Counted from the stretch's first letter, positions 30,237 through 37,390 are shown. The stretch is 64,000 nt of DNA from a virus (IMGVR_UViG_2974671799_000001:160001-224000); one strand, 5' to 3'. The notes: generated from the letters alone by a model not told the origin. Numbers and translations are program-made.

Positions 30237-30689
30237 ATGGCAAAGAGAGAAAATAAACAAACAAAGAAAACTTTAACAGTTGATACAGGACTTGAAATGT
30301 CTGATATCGAAAATGCAAAAACTATCGAGGAAACAGTCGAGGAAACAGTCGAGGAAACTAATGAAGTTGAAACAGAGACTAATGAAATAGATTCTGTAGT
30401 TGAAGAAAATGATAATGAAGAGGAAGAGGAAGAAGAAAATGAAGAAGTTACAAATATAACAAACCCTTATAACTTGGATGATGAGCCTGAATTGAGAAAA
30501 TATTTAGTAACATCACTTAATAGGATGGCATCAAATGCATTAGAATCGGGTAATTTATCAATGAATAAAGAGGCGATTGATGATTTTGTAAGGGATGCTT
30601 GTAGTCAATGTAGATATGAAGACTTTGAAAAAGCAAAAGTATTCGCTTATGATACTATTAAAAAGGTTTCTAGTACACTTTTAATGTAA
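30237..30689 (+). CDS. acidic low-complexity protein
   Basis: 150 aa, Glu-rich, EETV tandem repeat. Confidence 0.7.
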   Translation: MAKRENKQTKKTLTVDTGLEMSDIENAKTIEETVEETVEETNEVETETNEIDSVVEENDNEEEEEEENEEVTNITNPYNLDDEPELRKYLVTSLNRMASNALESGNLSMNKEAIDDFVRDACSQCRYEDFEKAKVFAYDTIKKVSSTLLM

Positions 30690-30787
30690 TTTATTACGAA
30701 AAAATTTAATTCAAACAATAAATATATTGATATATTAATGGGTCTAATTAGTTTTAGACCCTTTTGTTTAAATAAAAAATTTAAATT

Positions 30788-31402
30788 ATGATTGAACAAA
30801 TTGAACTACAAGAACAACCACCATTACAAGAACAACCACATATAGTAATTCAACCAATCCCTGATGATTCGGATATTCCTAGTGGTGAACCACCAATTAA
30901 AGCACCAACACCGAGAAAAGTTCCATTAAGTGTTACTCCAACAATTAAATTAAGAGGTAAGGATGTGGCAATTGATAAAATTGATTTGGGTGGTGTTTTC
31001 AGAAACCCTTTGGATAACAAAGAAATTACTAAAAAAGGTAAAAAAGCAATTGATGATGCTTTAGAATTAGAAACAAAAAAGGTACAACATATTGTAGATA
31101 TTGCTGAGAATATCGCATTAAATATTTCACCAAAAGAAGGTGAGACAGTTAATGAAGACACTTTAGATACAGTTTTATCTGAGATTGCAAGTCAAGGACA
31201 ATATGATGATTTATTAGCAGTCAAGAGACTTTTTGCAATTTCTTTTTCGTCATATAATAAAGGTTTATCCGAAAGGACTAAAAATAGATTTGGTTTATCT
31301 AATGACTTAAAGGTTATTGAACCATTTGACCCTTTTGATAAAAAAGATAGTAAAGATGATGAAGACCAAACACCAATAGAGGAACATCATAATAATAATT
31401 AA
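30788..31402 (+). CDS. hypothetical late protein with Pro-rich N-terminus
   Basis: Late motif acaataaata at 30715; terminator near 31409-31441. Confidence 0.7.
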   Translation: MIEQIELQEQPPLQEQPHIVIQPIPDDSDIPSGEPPIKAPTPRKVPLSVTPTIKLRGKDVAIDKIDLGGVFRNPLDNKEITKKGKKAIDDALELETKKVQHIVDIAENIALNISPKEGETVNEDTLDTVLSEIASQGQYDDLLAVKRLFAISFSSYNKGLSERTKNRFGLSNDLKVIEPFDPFDKKDSKDDEDQTPIEEHHNNN

Positions 31403-31471
31403 CTATTTAAAAATCCGATTTTTATAAGAATCGGATTTTTTGTATAAAAATTACATTTTTCTACAAAAAAA

Positions 31472-31503
31472 TTTTGCAGGTAATTAGAAAAGTTATATAT
31501 TTG
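31472..31503 (+). promoter_or_regulatory. Bacteroidota-type promoter of the tRNA/ncRNA cluster
   Basis: TTTG at about 31473 and TAtaTTTG at 31496-31503, 16 nt before the first tRNA. Confidence 0.75.
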
Positions 31504-31519
31504 CATAAGTAATAACAAA

Positions 31520-31593
31520 GCCGAGTTGGTCGAGTGGTTAAGACGCAAGACTCTAAATCTTCGAAATCACGGGTTCGAATCCCGTACTCGGCA
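31520..31593 (+). tRNA. tRNA-Sup(CUA), amber suppressor
   Basis: GCCGAGT/ACTCGGC acceptor plus discriminator A; D arm GTC..GAC; anticodon arm CAAGA-CT[CTA]AA-TCTTC; T arm ACGGG-TTCGAAT-CCCGT; no encoded CCA. Confidence 0.88.
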
Positions 31594-31594
31594 C

Positions 31595-31697
31595 AAAGTT
31601 CTTTTGTGTAGCTCGATAGAGAAAAGTGCGTTTTATCACAGGTCTATCCGAAATATCGAGAGCAGGTAACTTAGATGAAGGTTATCACTAGGACTTT
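31595..31697 (+). ncRNA. putative multi-stem structured RNA
   Basis: aaagttct/aggacttt closing helix, ctcgata/tatcgag stem and ggtaactt/aggttatc hairpin. Confidence 0.4.
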
Positions 31698-31751
31698 AAT
31701 TTTTATTGTAGTTGATAAGGTGAACCAATTAATGTCACCAAACTTACTACA

Positions 31752-31828
31752 GATGGTGTGTTGACATAGTGATTTGTATTGCCGATTGTAAAAACATTAT
31801 AACCGTAGTTCGAATCCACCACACGTCA
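31752..31828 (+). tRNA. degenerate tRNA-like element
   Basis: gatggtgtg...cacacgtc-A acceptor-like pairing and gtag-TTCGAAT-ccac T-loop; anticodon arm not canonical. Confidence 0.4.
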
Positions 31829-31838
31829 CAAACTAAAA

Positions 31839-31981
31839 GCCCTAATTGGGTCAACTATTGGAGAATGGTTTAGAACAACCAACCGCCAATTAAAATAATG
31901 TAAGGTGAAAATCAGTTATTAGTTGAATGCTGATATGGTAATTTTAATACTAAATTATTCCGAACCCATTTGCGCTAGGGT
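31839..31981 (+). ncRNA. putative rod-shaped structured RNA
   Basis: Nested gcccta/tagggt, tgggt/accca, aatggtttag/ctaaattatt, attaaaat/attttaat and atcagt/gctgat helices. Confidence 0.45.
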
Positions 31982-32031
31982 CATGTATTAAAAGTAAGTA
32001 ACCACCATAGTCTAAAAAGAGTTACTTAAAT

Positions 32032-32110
32032 GGTTGTATAGCTCAGTTGGTAGAGCGTTCGCGGGTATATTACCCTCGAAAGGTCGCAGGTTCGAGTCCT
32101 GTTACAACCA
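32032..32110 (+). tRNA. tRNA-like RNA with elongated non-canonical anticodon arm, copy 1
   Basis: GGTTGTA/TACAACC-A acceptor; canonical D arm GCTC-AGTTGGTA-GAGC and T arm; anticodon arm TTCG-C-GGGTA-TAT-TACCC-T-CGAA. Confidence 0.8.
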
Positions 32111-32117
32111 CGAATTA

Positions 32118-32191
32118 GGATATGGTGTTTAATTAGGACAGAACGCGCCTATTTACGGTATAGGTTCTGTGGTAGAATCACATCATATTCA
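32118..32191 (+). tRNA. atypical tRNA-Arg(ACG)-like
   Basis: GGATATG/CATATTC acceptor; CCTAT-TT[ACG]GT-ATAGG anticodon arm; degenerate T loop GTAGAAT. Confidence 0.5.
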
Positions 32192-32194
32192 TTT

Positions 32195-32267
32195 GGTCTT
32201 GAAGTTAGTGGGTTTTAACACTATACGCGGAGTATAGAGGTCACAGGTTCGAATCCTGTCTTGACCA
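32195..32267 (+). tRNA. atypical tRNA with CGG at the anticodon position (Pro-like)
   Basis: GGTCTTG/CTTGACC acceptor with two T-T mismatches; CTATA-CG[CGG]AG-TATAG arm with G33; canonical ACAGG-TTCGAAT-CCTGT T arm. Confidence 0.6.
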
Positions 32268-32398
32268 CGACTGTTTGTAAATCGAACTATAATAGATTTA
32301 TAATGAATCAAACCTTTATAGAGGTGGTGGATTCCCTGTGATAACTCAATATCACCAGTTAGGATAGGTGAAGACTATTATGTGAAGTCCTAACATTT

Positions 32399-32477
32399 GG
32401 TTGTATAGCTCAGTTGGTAGAGCGTTCGCGGGTATATTACCCTCGAAAGGTCGCAGGTTCAAGTCCTGCTACAACCA
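32399..32477 (+). tRNA. tRNA-like RNA with elongated non-canonical anticodon arm, copy 2
   Basis: Identical to 32032-32110 except two T-arm changes (TTCGAGT to TTCAAGT; G-T to G-C pair). Confidence 0.8.
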
Positions 32478-32509
32478 CAATTAATTTCTTAATTATAAAT
32501 ATAATAAGT

Positions 32510-32752
32510 ATGGCAAATGATTTACTGAAACATGGTGATAAAATTCAATTTGTTGTTTATGGATTCTCAAAGGATGATACTGATTTGAATATTGAGGGTG
32601 AAAACGTTTCATTTTCGCAGTTATACGGTATGTATGGGTGTCAAATAAATAATGATGAAAATAATGAAGAAGTCGCTAGAAAGTGTAAACAAGTTGCTGA
32701 TTTATTAGTAGAAATTAGAAAATTAAGTAAACCAAATGAAAAAACAAGTTAA
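32510..32752 (+). CDS. hypothetical protein (start revised to MANDLL)
   Basis: The upstream extension in the ORF track overlaps the tRNA-like gene; tataaata at 32494. Confidence 0.65.
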   Translation: MANDLLKHGDKIQFVVYGFSKDDTDLNIEGENVSFSQLYGMYGCQINNDENNEEVARKCKQVADLLVEIRKLSKPNEKTS

Positions 32753-33206
32753 AAACGTTTCTGAATATCTAACGGAAGCCATGTTATCAAATCACTTACT
32801 TGAACGTTTATCGGGTAGAGTTGAGAAGTTTAATGAGGTAGATTTACCAAAGCAAAAGAAGCAAGAAATATTAGATAATATTGAAAATGTTTCAAAGTTG
32901 AATTTTCCAAGTAATAAGGATTATGCTGTTATGGTTGGTTACTTCTCTATAAATCAAAAATCGGATTTATATGTTGAAGAACCTACAGGAAAGTATTATA
33001 GAATTTATGATTTCTTAGGTGTTGATTCAACAGGAAATCAAATTTGGATTATTATTAGAAGTGGAAATATAGTTTCTGTAATGCTTAGAAAAGGTATTCA
33101 ACCAGTAGAAAATATGAGAGTTGATGTTGTTGTAAAGAACATTAACAAGTTCATTAAAAACTTTAAAACTGGTGGTAGTAGAGGTAAAAAGAATCGTAAA
33201 AAGTAA
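32736..33206 (+). CDS. putative internal head protein
   Basis: N-terminus MKKQVKNVSEYLTEA; SNHLLERL motif; basic C-terminal tail. Confidence 0.6.
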   Translation: MKKQVKNVSEYLTEAMLSNHLLERLSGRVEKFNEVDLPKQKKQEILDNIENVSKLNFPSNKDYAVMVGYFSINQKSDLYVEEPTGKYYRIYDFLGVDSTGNQIWIIIRSGNIVSVMLRKGIQPVENMRVDVVVKNINKFIKNFKTGGSRGKKNRKK

Positions 33207-33229
33207 TCATATTAAAAAACTATTATTAA

Positions 33230-33511
33230 ATGACAAAAGAAGTATTCTTAGAGCAAAACGAAGGCAAAATCATTGATTTTTACGCTGATTGGTGTAGTCC
33301 TTGTAAAGTATTAAAACCTAAATTAGAATCAATTAATGAAGATGATTCTGATTTAGAAGTGAATTTTGTTAACGTTGGTGAACAAGCTGAAATCGGTGCT
33401 ATGTTTAATGTTCGTTCAATCCCAACATTATTATATGTTAAAGATGGTGAGACTCATGTTATTACAGCTCGTGATGTTAACGGAATTAAGGCACAAGTAG
33501 AAGAAATTTAA
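33230..33511 (+). CDS. trxA: thioredoxin
   Basis: IDFYADWCSPCK active site and VRSIPTLL cis-Pro loop. Confidence 0.93.
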   Translation: MTKEVFLEQNEGKIIDFYADWCSPCKVLKPKLESINEDDSDLEVNFVNVGEQAEIGAMFNVRSIPTLLYVKDGETHVITARDVNGIKAQVEEI

Positions 33512-33531
33512 ACCAAAAACAAATATAAATT

Positions 33532-33969
33532 ATGAAGTATTTCTTAGTATCTATTGCACACCAAGTGGAAATTCCACAGGAAGATGCAAACAAAGACCCA
33601 AAAATTAAAACAAAGAAGGATAAAGTTTTAGTTGAAGCAGAAAATTATGGTGATGCTGAAAAACAATCTTATGAGTATGCTGAACAACACTCATTAAAAA
33701 CCTTTTCTGTTGAATCAATCACTATTAAAAACATTTCTCGTGTTTATGTTGATAAAGATTCTGTTGGTGAAAATTCTGCTTACTTTGATGTAACAACAAA
33801 GTATGAGTATGAAGATGATAAAGGTAAAACTAAAGTTGAGAAATCAAATGTTGTTATCGAAGCATCTAATTTGGATAGTGCATATAAATTCTGTTTAAAT
33901 GAATTTGAGGATGAGAAAATCCACAAATTAGAATCATCAGTTATTGTAGATACTGTTCTACAAGAGTAA
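33532..33969 (+). CDS. DUF4494-like protein (Bacteroidota family)
   Basis: Two internal repeats: KDKVLVEAENYGDAEK and YFDVTTKY...KVEKSNVVIEASNLDSAY. Confidence 0.6.
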   Translation: MKYFLVSIAHQVEIPQEDANKDPKIKTKKDKVLVEAENYGDAEKQSYEYAEQHSLKTFSVESITIKNISRVYVDKDSVGENSAYFDVTTKYEYEDDKGKTKVEKSNVVIEASNLDSAYKFCLNEFEDEKIHKLESSVIVDTVLQE

Positions 33970-34014
33970 AAAAATCACCCAATTGGGTGATTTTTTATTT
34001 TTCGACACTTTTTA

Positions 34015-34045
34015 TTTGGTTGTTCAGAATAAATCATTATATTTG
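34015..34045 (+). promoter_or_regulatory. Bacteroidota-type promoter for the Pth2-HD gene
   Basis: tttggttg at 34015-34022 and TAtaTTTG at 34038-34045, after terminator aatcaccc-aatt-gggtgatttttt. Confidence 0.75.
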
Positions 34046-34082
34046 TAACTCAAATTAATGTTTAACTTAAATTTTTTATATT

Positions 34083-35036
34083 ATGAAATAGATAACCAAA
34101 AATTCAAATCGTTCTAACAAGGTTGAGCAAAGTCAAAAATTTAGAATTATAACACGCTCAGATTTAAGTGTTGGTCAAGCTGTTGTTCAAACAGCCCATG
34201 TAGCCGCGGAATTTCAAATGAATTTCCCAACCGAATATGAAACATGGTTAAAAACAAATAGAAGTATAATTACATTTTCGGCAAAGAATGGTAAAGAACT
34301 TCTCGAATATGAGACACTCTTAAAATCAAAGGGAGTCCAAACCTATAGGTTCTATGAACCCGATTATAATCAAATAACGGGTATCGGAATAGTACCTAGT
34401 GACCAAGCTAGAAAAATGACATCATCTTTAAAACTTTTTAGACATACACAACAAGAAATGTATTTCGACGAGGTTACAAGAGATATGAGTCGTACCGAAC
34501 AAATGGATAACCTTTCCGTACTACAACATGGTGAAATGGTACACGACTATTATAAAATGATAGTTTCAAATCAAATGTGTAACCTTTCAAAATTTGAAAA
34601 AGTACCTAAATGGTTACTCGAAAATAAAGCGTATATTCTAAATGAATTGTCTAAATTTGATTTCAACGCAATCAAAGATTATCAAATAATGCATGATTTG
34701 GGTAAACCATACTGTATTCAAATTGATGAAAATGGTAGAAGACATTTCCCGAACCACGCGCAAGTTTCATATGATACTTGGAAAAAGTTAAATGGTGACC
34801 CTTTTGTTGGTAACTTAATACTTAATGATATGAAAATGCATACAATGAAGGCATCAGATATTGAAGACTTTATGAAAATAGAGGGTTACTTAATATTAAT
34901 GGTAACATCAGTTGCTGAATTATACGCAAATGCTGAAATGTTTGGTGGTTATGAATCAACTTCATTCAAAATTAAATTCAAACAGTTAGAAAAGAGAGGA
35001 AATGCTATCTTTAGAATCATAAATGAATCTAAGTAA
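34083..35036 (+). CDS. peptidyl-tRNA hydrolase 2 (Pth2)-like plus HD-domain fusion with in-frame TAG at codon 3
   Basis: ATG AAA TAG at 34083 is in frame (135 nt) with the listed ORF 34218; the intervening codons encode FRIITRSDLSVGQAVVQTAHVAAEF (Pth2 RxDL..G....QxAH motif), then FYEPDYNQITGIGIVP; C-half has QH...HDLGKP...HFPNHA HD motifs. Confidence 0.8.
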
Positions 35037-35082
35037 AAACAAACCCATCAAAAATTTGATGGGTTTTTCTAAAAAATTATAA

Positions 35083-35149
35083 AAATAATCCGTTTCAAGT
35101 TTGTTGGAATGGATTATTTATTTTAAATTTGTCATATAATTAAATAAAA
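35083..35149 (+). promoter_or_regulatory. stem-loop plus promoter cassette, type B copy 2
   Basis: aaataatccgtttca-agtttgt-tggaatggattattt then TAaaTTTG; compensatory A-T/T-A change relative to copy 1. Confidence 0.75.
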
Positions 35150-35950
35150 ATGAAAACATTAGATTTATTACTTAAAAAATTAGAACCATTAACAAAACAA
35201 GTTGTTCAAAACACAATTGAATACTATAAAGAGGAAGGTTTTAACTTCACTAAATGGACTGAAAAGGAAGTTCGTTTACAAACACAATACGACATAATAA
35301 ATGCATTCACTAAGTATGTTAAATCTGATTCTAAAATAATCAAATTAACAGCAAACATCAGAGCAGGTAAAATCGTTGTTTATATGATTATAGAACAAGA
35401 TGGTGAAAGACATCCATTAGAGACAGAGGTTATAATATGTGGTGGTCACTCTGTTCAACGAATCCACTATAGATATATTACGAAAACTTCATTAAAAAGA
35501 ATAGTGGATTCTTTTAGTAAAGAAACTACAAAGATTGCAAAAAAGCGTTTATCTAGCGTTGAAAAATTGATTGAAACACAAGGTATTTTAGATAGTGTTA
35601 AAATCAAACTAAAAGAAGATAAAAATAAATTAAGCATTCTTAGAAATTTTAAAAAAGAAGATATCATAGCAAATTGTGAAAATGGATTTGATAAACTTTA
35701 CAACACTTCATTTGAAGATATTTCTAAAAATGACCCTGAAAGGTTAAAGTGTATTGCTAAAAATTATGGTGTTGAATCATTTGATGAGAAAACTTGGAAT
35801 AAATATCGTGAAGAAAATATCTATCGTGATGCAATAAAAGCACTTTATGATTCCAAAGTTAAAATATTAACATCAACTATAAAAAGTCAAACTGAAAGAT
35901 TAACTAGGTTGGAATCAGATGTTAAGAAATATAAAGAGTTATCTAAGTAA
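35150..35950 (+). CDS. hypothetical protein with coiled-coil C-half
   Basis: 266-aa ORF behind a promoter cassette. Confidence 0.72.
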   Translation: MKTLDLLLKKLEPLTKQVVQNTIEYYKEEGFNFTKWTEKEVRLQTQYDIINAFTKYVKSDSKIIKLTANIRAGKIVVYMIIEQDGERHPLETEVIICGGHSVQRIHYRYITKTSLKRIVDSFSKETTKIAKKRLSSVEKLIETQGILDSVKIKLKEDKNKLSILRNFKKEDIIANCENGFDKLYNTSFEDISKNDPERLKCIAKNYGVESFDEKTWNKYREENIYRDAIKALYDSKVKILTSTIKSQTERLTRLESDVKKYKELSK

Positions 35951-35955
35951 AAAAA

Positions 35956-36042
35956 TTGAAAGTTTTTTGGTTTTGTCATTGCAGAACTAAAAAACTTTCT
36001 TATATTTGTAGTGTATTTATTTAACAACAAAAACAAATTAAG
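35956..36042 (+). promoter_or_regulatory. stem-loop plus promoter cassette, type A copy 2
   Basis: ttgaaagttttttgg...actaaaaaactttc then TAtaTTTGtagtgtatttatt; near-identical to 17151-17236. Confidence 0.75.
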
Positions 36043-36345
36043 ATGAGCTTTTACAATACAATTTTAGAACAATTAGGTGGGAACAAATTTTTAACTATGA
36101 CAGGTGTGACTAACTTAATTAAATCTGATAAAGATTTATACTTATCAATGAAATTAAGAAGAAATAAATCTAAAGCTCAATATTTAAAGATTACTTTGAA
36201 TGCTAATGATACTTACACAATGGAATTTTCTAAATTCAATAAACAATTTGATAAGACTGTTGTATCATTACACGAAAATGTTTACTGTGATATGTTAACA
36301 AAAATTTTCGAAGACGTTACTGGATTTTATACAAAATTATTCTAA
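36043..36345 (+). CDS. conserved phage hypothetical protein
   Basis: ILEQLGGNKFLTMTG...DTYTMEF...VYCDML..IFEDVTG pattern recalled from small phage proteins. Confidence 0.7.
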   Translation: MSFYNTILEQLGGNKFLTMTGVTNLIKSDKDLYLSMKLRRNKSKAQYLKITLNANDTYTMEFSKFNKQFDKTVVSLHENVYCDMLTKIFEDVTGFYTKLF

Positions 36346-36346
36346 T

Positions 36347-36577
36347 ATGTTAAACGATAGATTTAATAATAGATTTACAGCACCAAAGTCTAGGAAGTCT
36401 CATAAAAGAGTTCCTAGACGCTTAAAGAAGCGTTTTAAGATAGTTTTTAGTGATAGATATGATTTTCTATCACTTGACCAAAAAATATGGTTTATAGGTT
36501 GGGAAATTAACCCTGATTATAATCAATTTTTAATTAATAAAATTATAGAAGATGAAAAACAAACTATGCGAGATTAG
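36347..36577 (+). CDS. small basic hypothetical protein
   Basis: RVPRRLKKR motif similar to KLPRKAKKK in 17598..17912; ends in TAG. Confidence 0.6.
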   Translation: MLNDRFNNRFTAPKSRKSHKRVPRRLKKRFKIVFSDRYDFLSLDQKIWFIGWEINPDYNQFLINKIIEDEKQTMRD

Positions 36578-36692
36578 AGAGAAGTTATATCAAGCTATGG
36601 AATCGGGTGATAAAATAGATATGGGTTTCGCTATAAACGATTTAGATACGTTCATTTATAATAATAAAGAGAAGTTGGAATCATTTGTTTAA
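36552..36692 (+). CDS. small hypothetical protein (46 aa; not in ORF track)
   Basis: MKNKLCEIREKLYQAMESGDKIDMGFAINDLDTFIYNNKEKLESFV fills the gap. Confidence 0.5.
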   Translation: MKNKLCEIREKLYQAMESGDKIDMGFAINDLDTFIYNNKEKLESFV

Positions 36693-36753
36693 AGGTTTTT
36701 CATAAGATGTTTTAAAATGTGAATAAAGATATTAACATTAAAACATTATTAAG

Positions 36754-36963
36754 ATGAACAAACTTTTTATAATTGAAAGAACTGATAGTATTGGATGGGA
36801 TGAGTATATTTCTGTATTAGTATCGGCTAATGATAAATTTCACGCTATAAGGATTGCAAATGAATTAAACACGAGATTTAAAATTAACGTTGTTAAAACT
36901 AAATTTATCGGAACGACCAATGAACCTTACGGGGTGCTTATGGATTCTTTCTTAAATGGTTAA
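36754..36963 (+). CDS. hypothetical protein
   Basis: 69-aa ORF followed by a bidirectional terminator near 36967-36999. Confidence 0.65.
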   Translation: MNKLFIIERTDSIGWDEYISVLVSANDKFHAIRIANELNTRFKINVVKTKFIGTTNEPYGVLMDSFLNG

Positions 36964-37037
36964 AGTAAAAAGCCCTTTCAGAAATGAAAGGGCTTTTTTA
37001 AGAAAAATATAAAATCATCCGATAGGATTTGTGAAGT

Positions 37038-37232
37038 TTATATACTATACCATTCGCGAAGTCGCTGTAATGGTTTCATAGACTCAACTAAAATAACTTC
37101 ACAAGCTAGTATGAGTCCTGATGTTAAACGATTTGTAAAAGCACGAACAGGTAAAGACCTTTTCAAAAGGTTATTTTCCCAATCATACTTTAATGTTTCC
37201 GTTTTTTCCAAATGTTTAAATCTATTTTCCAT
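37038..37232 (-). CDS. small hypothetical protein, last gene of the baseplate operon
   Basis: TAATG coupling with the upstream 52-aa gene. Confidence 0.6.
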   Translation of the reverse strand: MENRFKHLEKTETLKYDWENNLLKRSLPVRAFTNRLTSGLILACEVILVESMKPLQRLREWYSI

Positions 37233-37390
37233 TATGAATATTCTGATGTGTTACTCCAAGCAGATTTCCAAAAGCTTTTCTTTTTACTCCAAGCTTTTTT
37301 ACCTGCCTTTTTTAGACGTTCTTTAGCTTTTTTCAATCTCGATTCTTCGACTGCTACAAGCTCTTCAAATACGTGTTCTAAATTTTTCAT
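37232..37390 (-). CDS. small basic protein (52 aa; not in ORF track)
   Basis: MKNLEHVFEELVAVEESRLKKAKERLKKAGKKAWSKKKSFWKSAWSNTSEYS. Confidence 0.6.
   Translation of the reverse strand: MKNLEHVFEELVAVEESRLKKAKERLKKAGKKAWSKKKSFWKSAWSNTSEYS

Noticed and set aside
30325-30358. 12-nt tandem repeat (gaggaaacagtc) and the 9-nt repeats near 3212-3238
   Set aside because: In-frame low-complexity coding repeats (EETV, GTG) with no sign of phase variation.
31594-31660. Theta (HDV-like) ribozyme after the suppressor tRNA
   Set aside because: I could not build the nested double pseudoknot by eye from the tRNA trailer; a covariance-model search would be needed.
31594-32030. tmRNA or RNase P RNA
   Set aside because: No Ala-type acceptor ends or tag reading frame, and no GAGGAAAGTCC-type RNase P signature.
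32414-32509. N-terminal extension of ORF 32414..32752
   Set aside because: It overlaps the tRNA-like gene 32399-32477; the real start is probably 32510.
34218-35036. ORF-track start at 34218
   Set aside because: It removes the N-terminal Pth2 motif and lacks the A-rich leader typical of this genome; the promoter-proximal ATG at 34083 is in frame.
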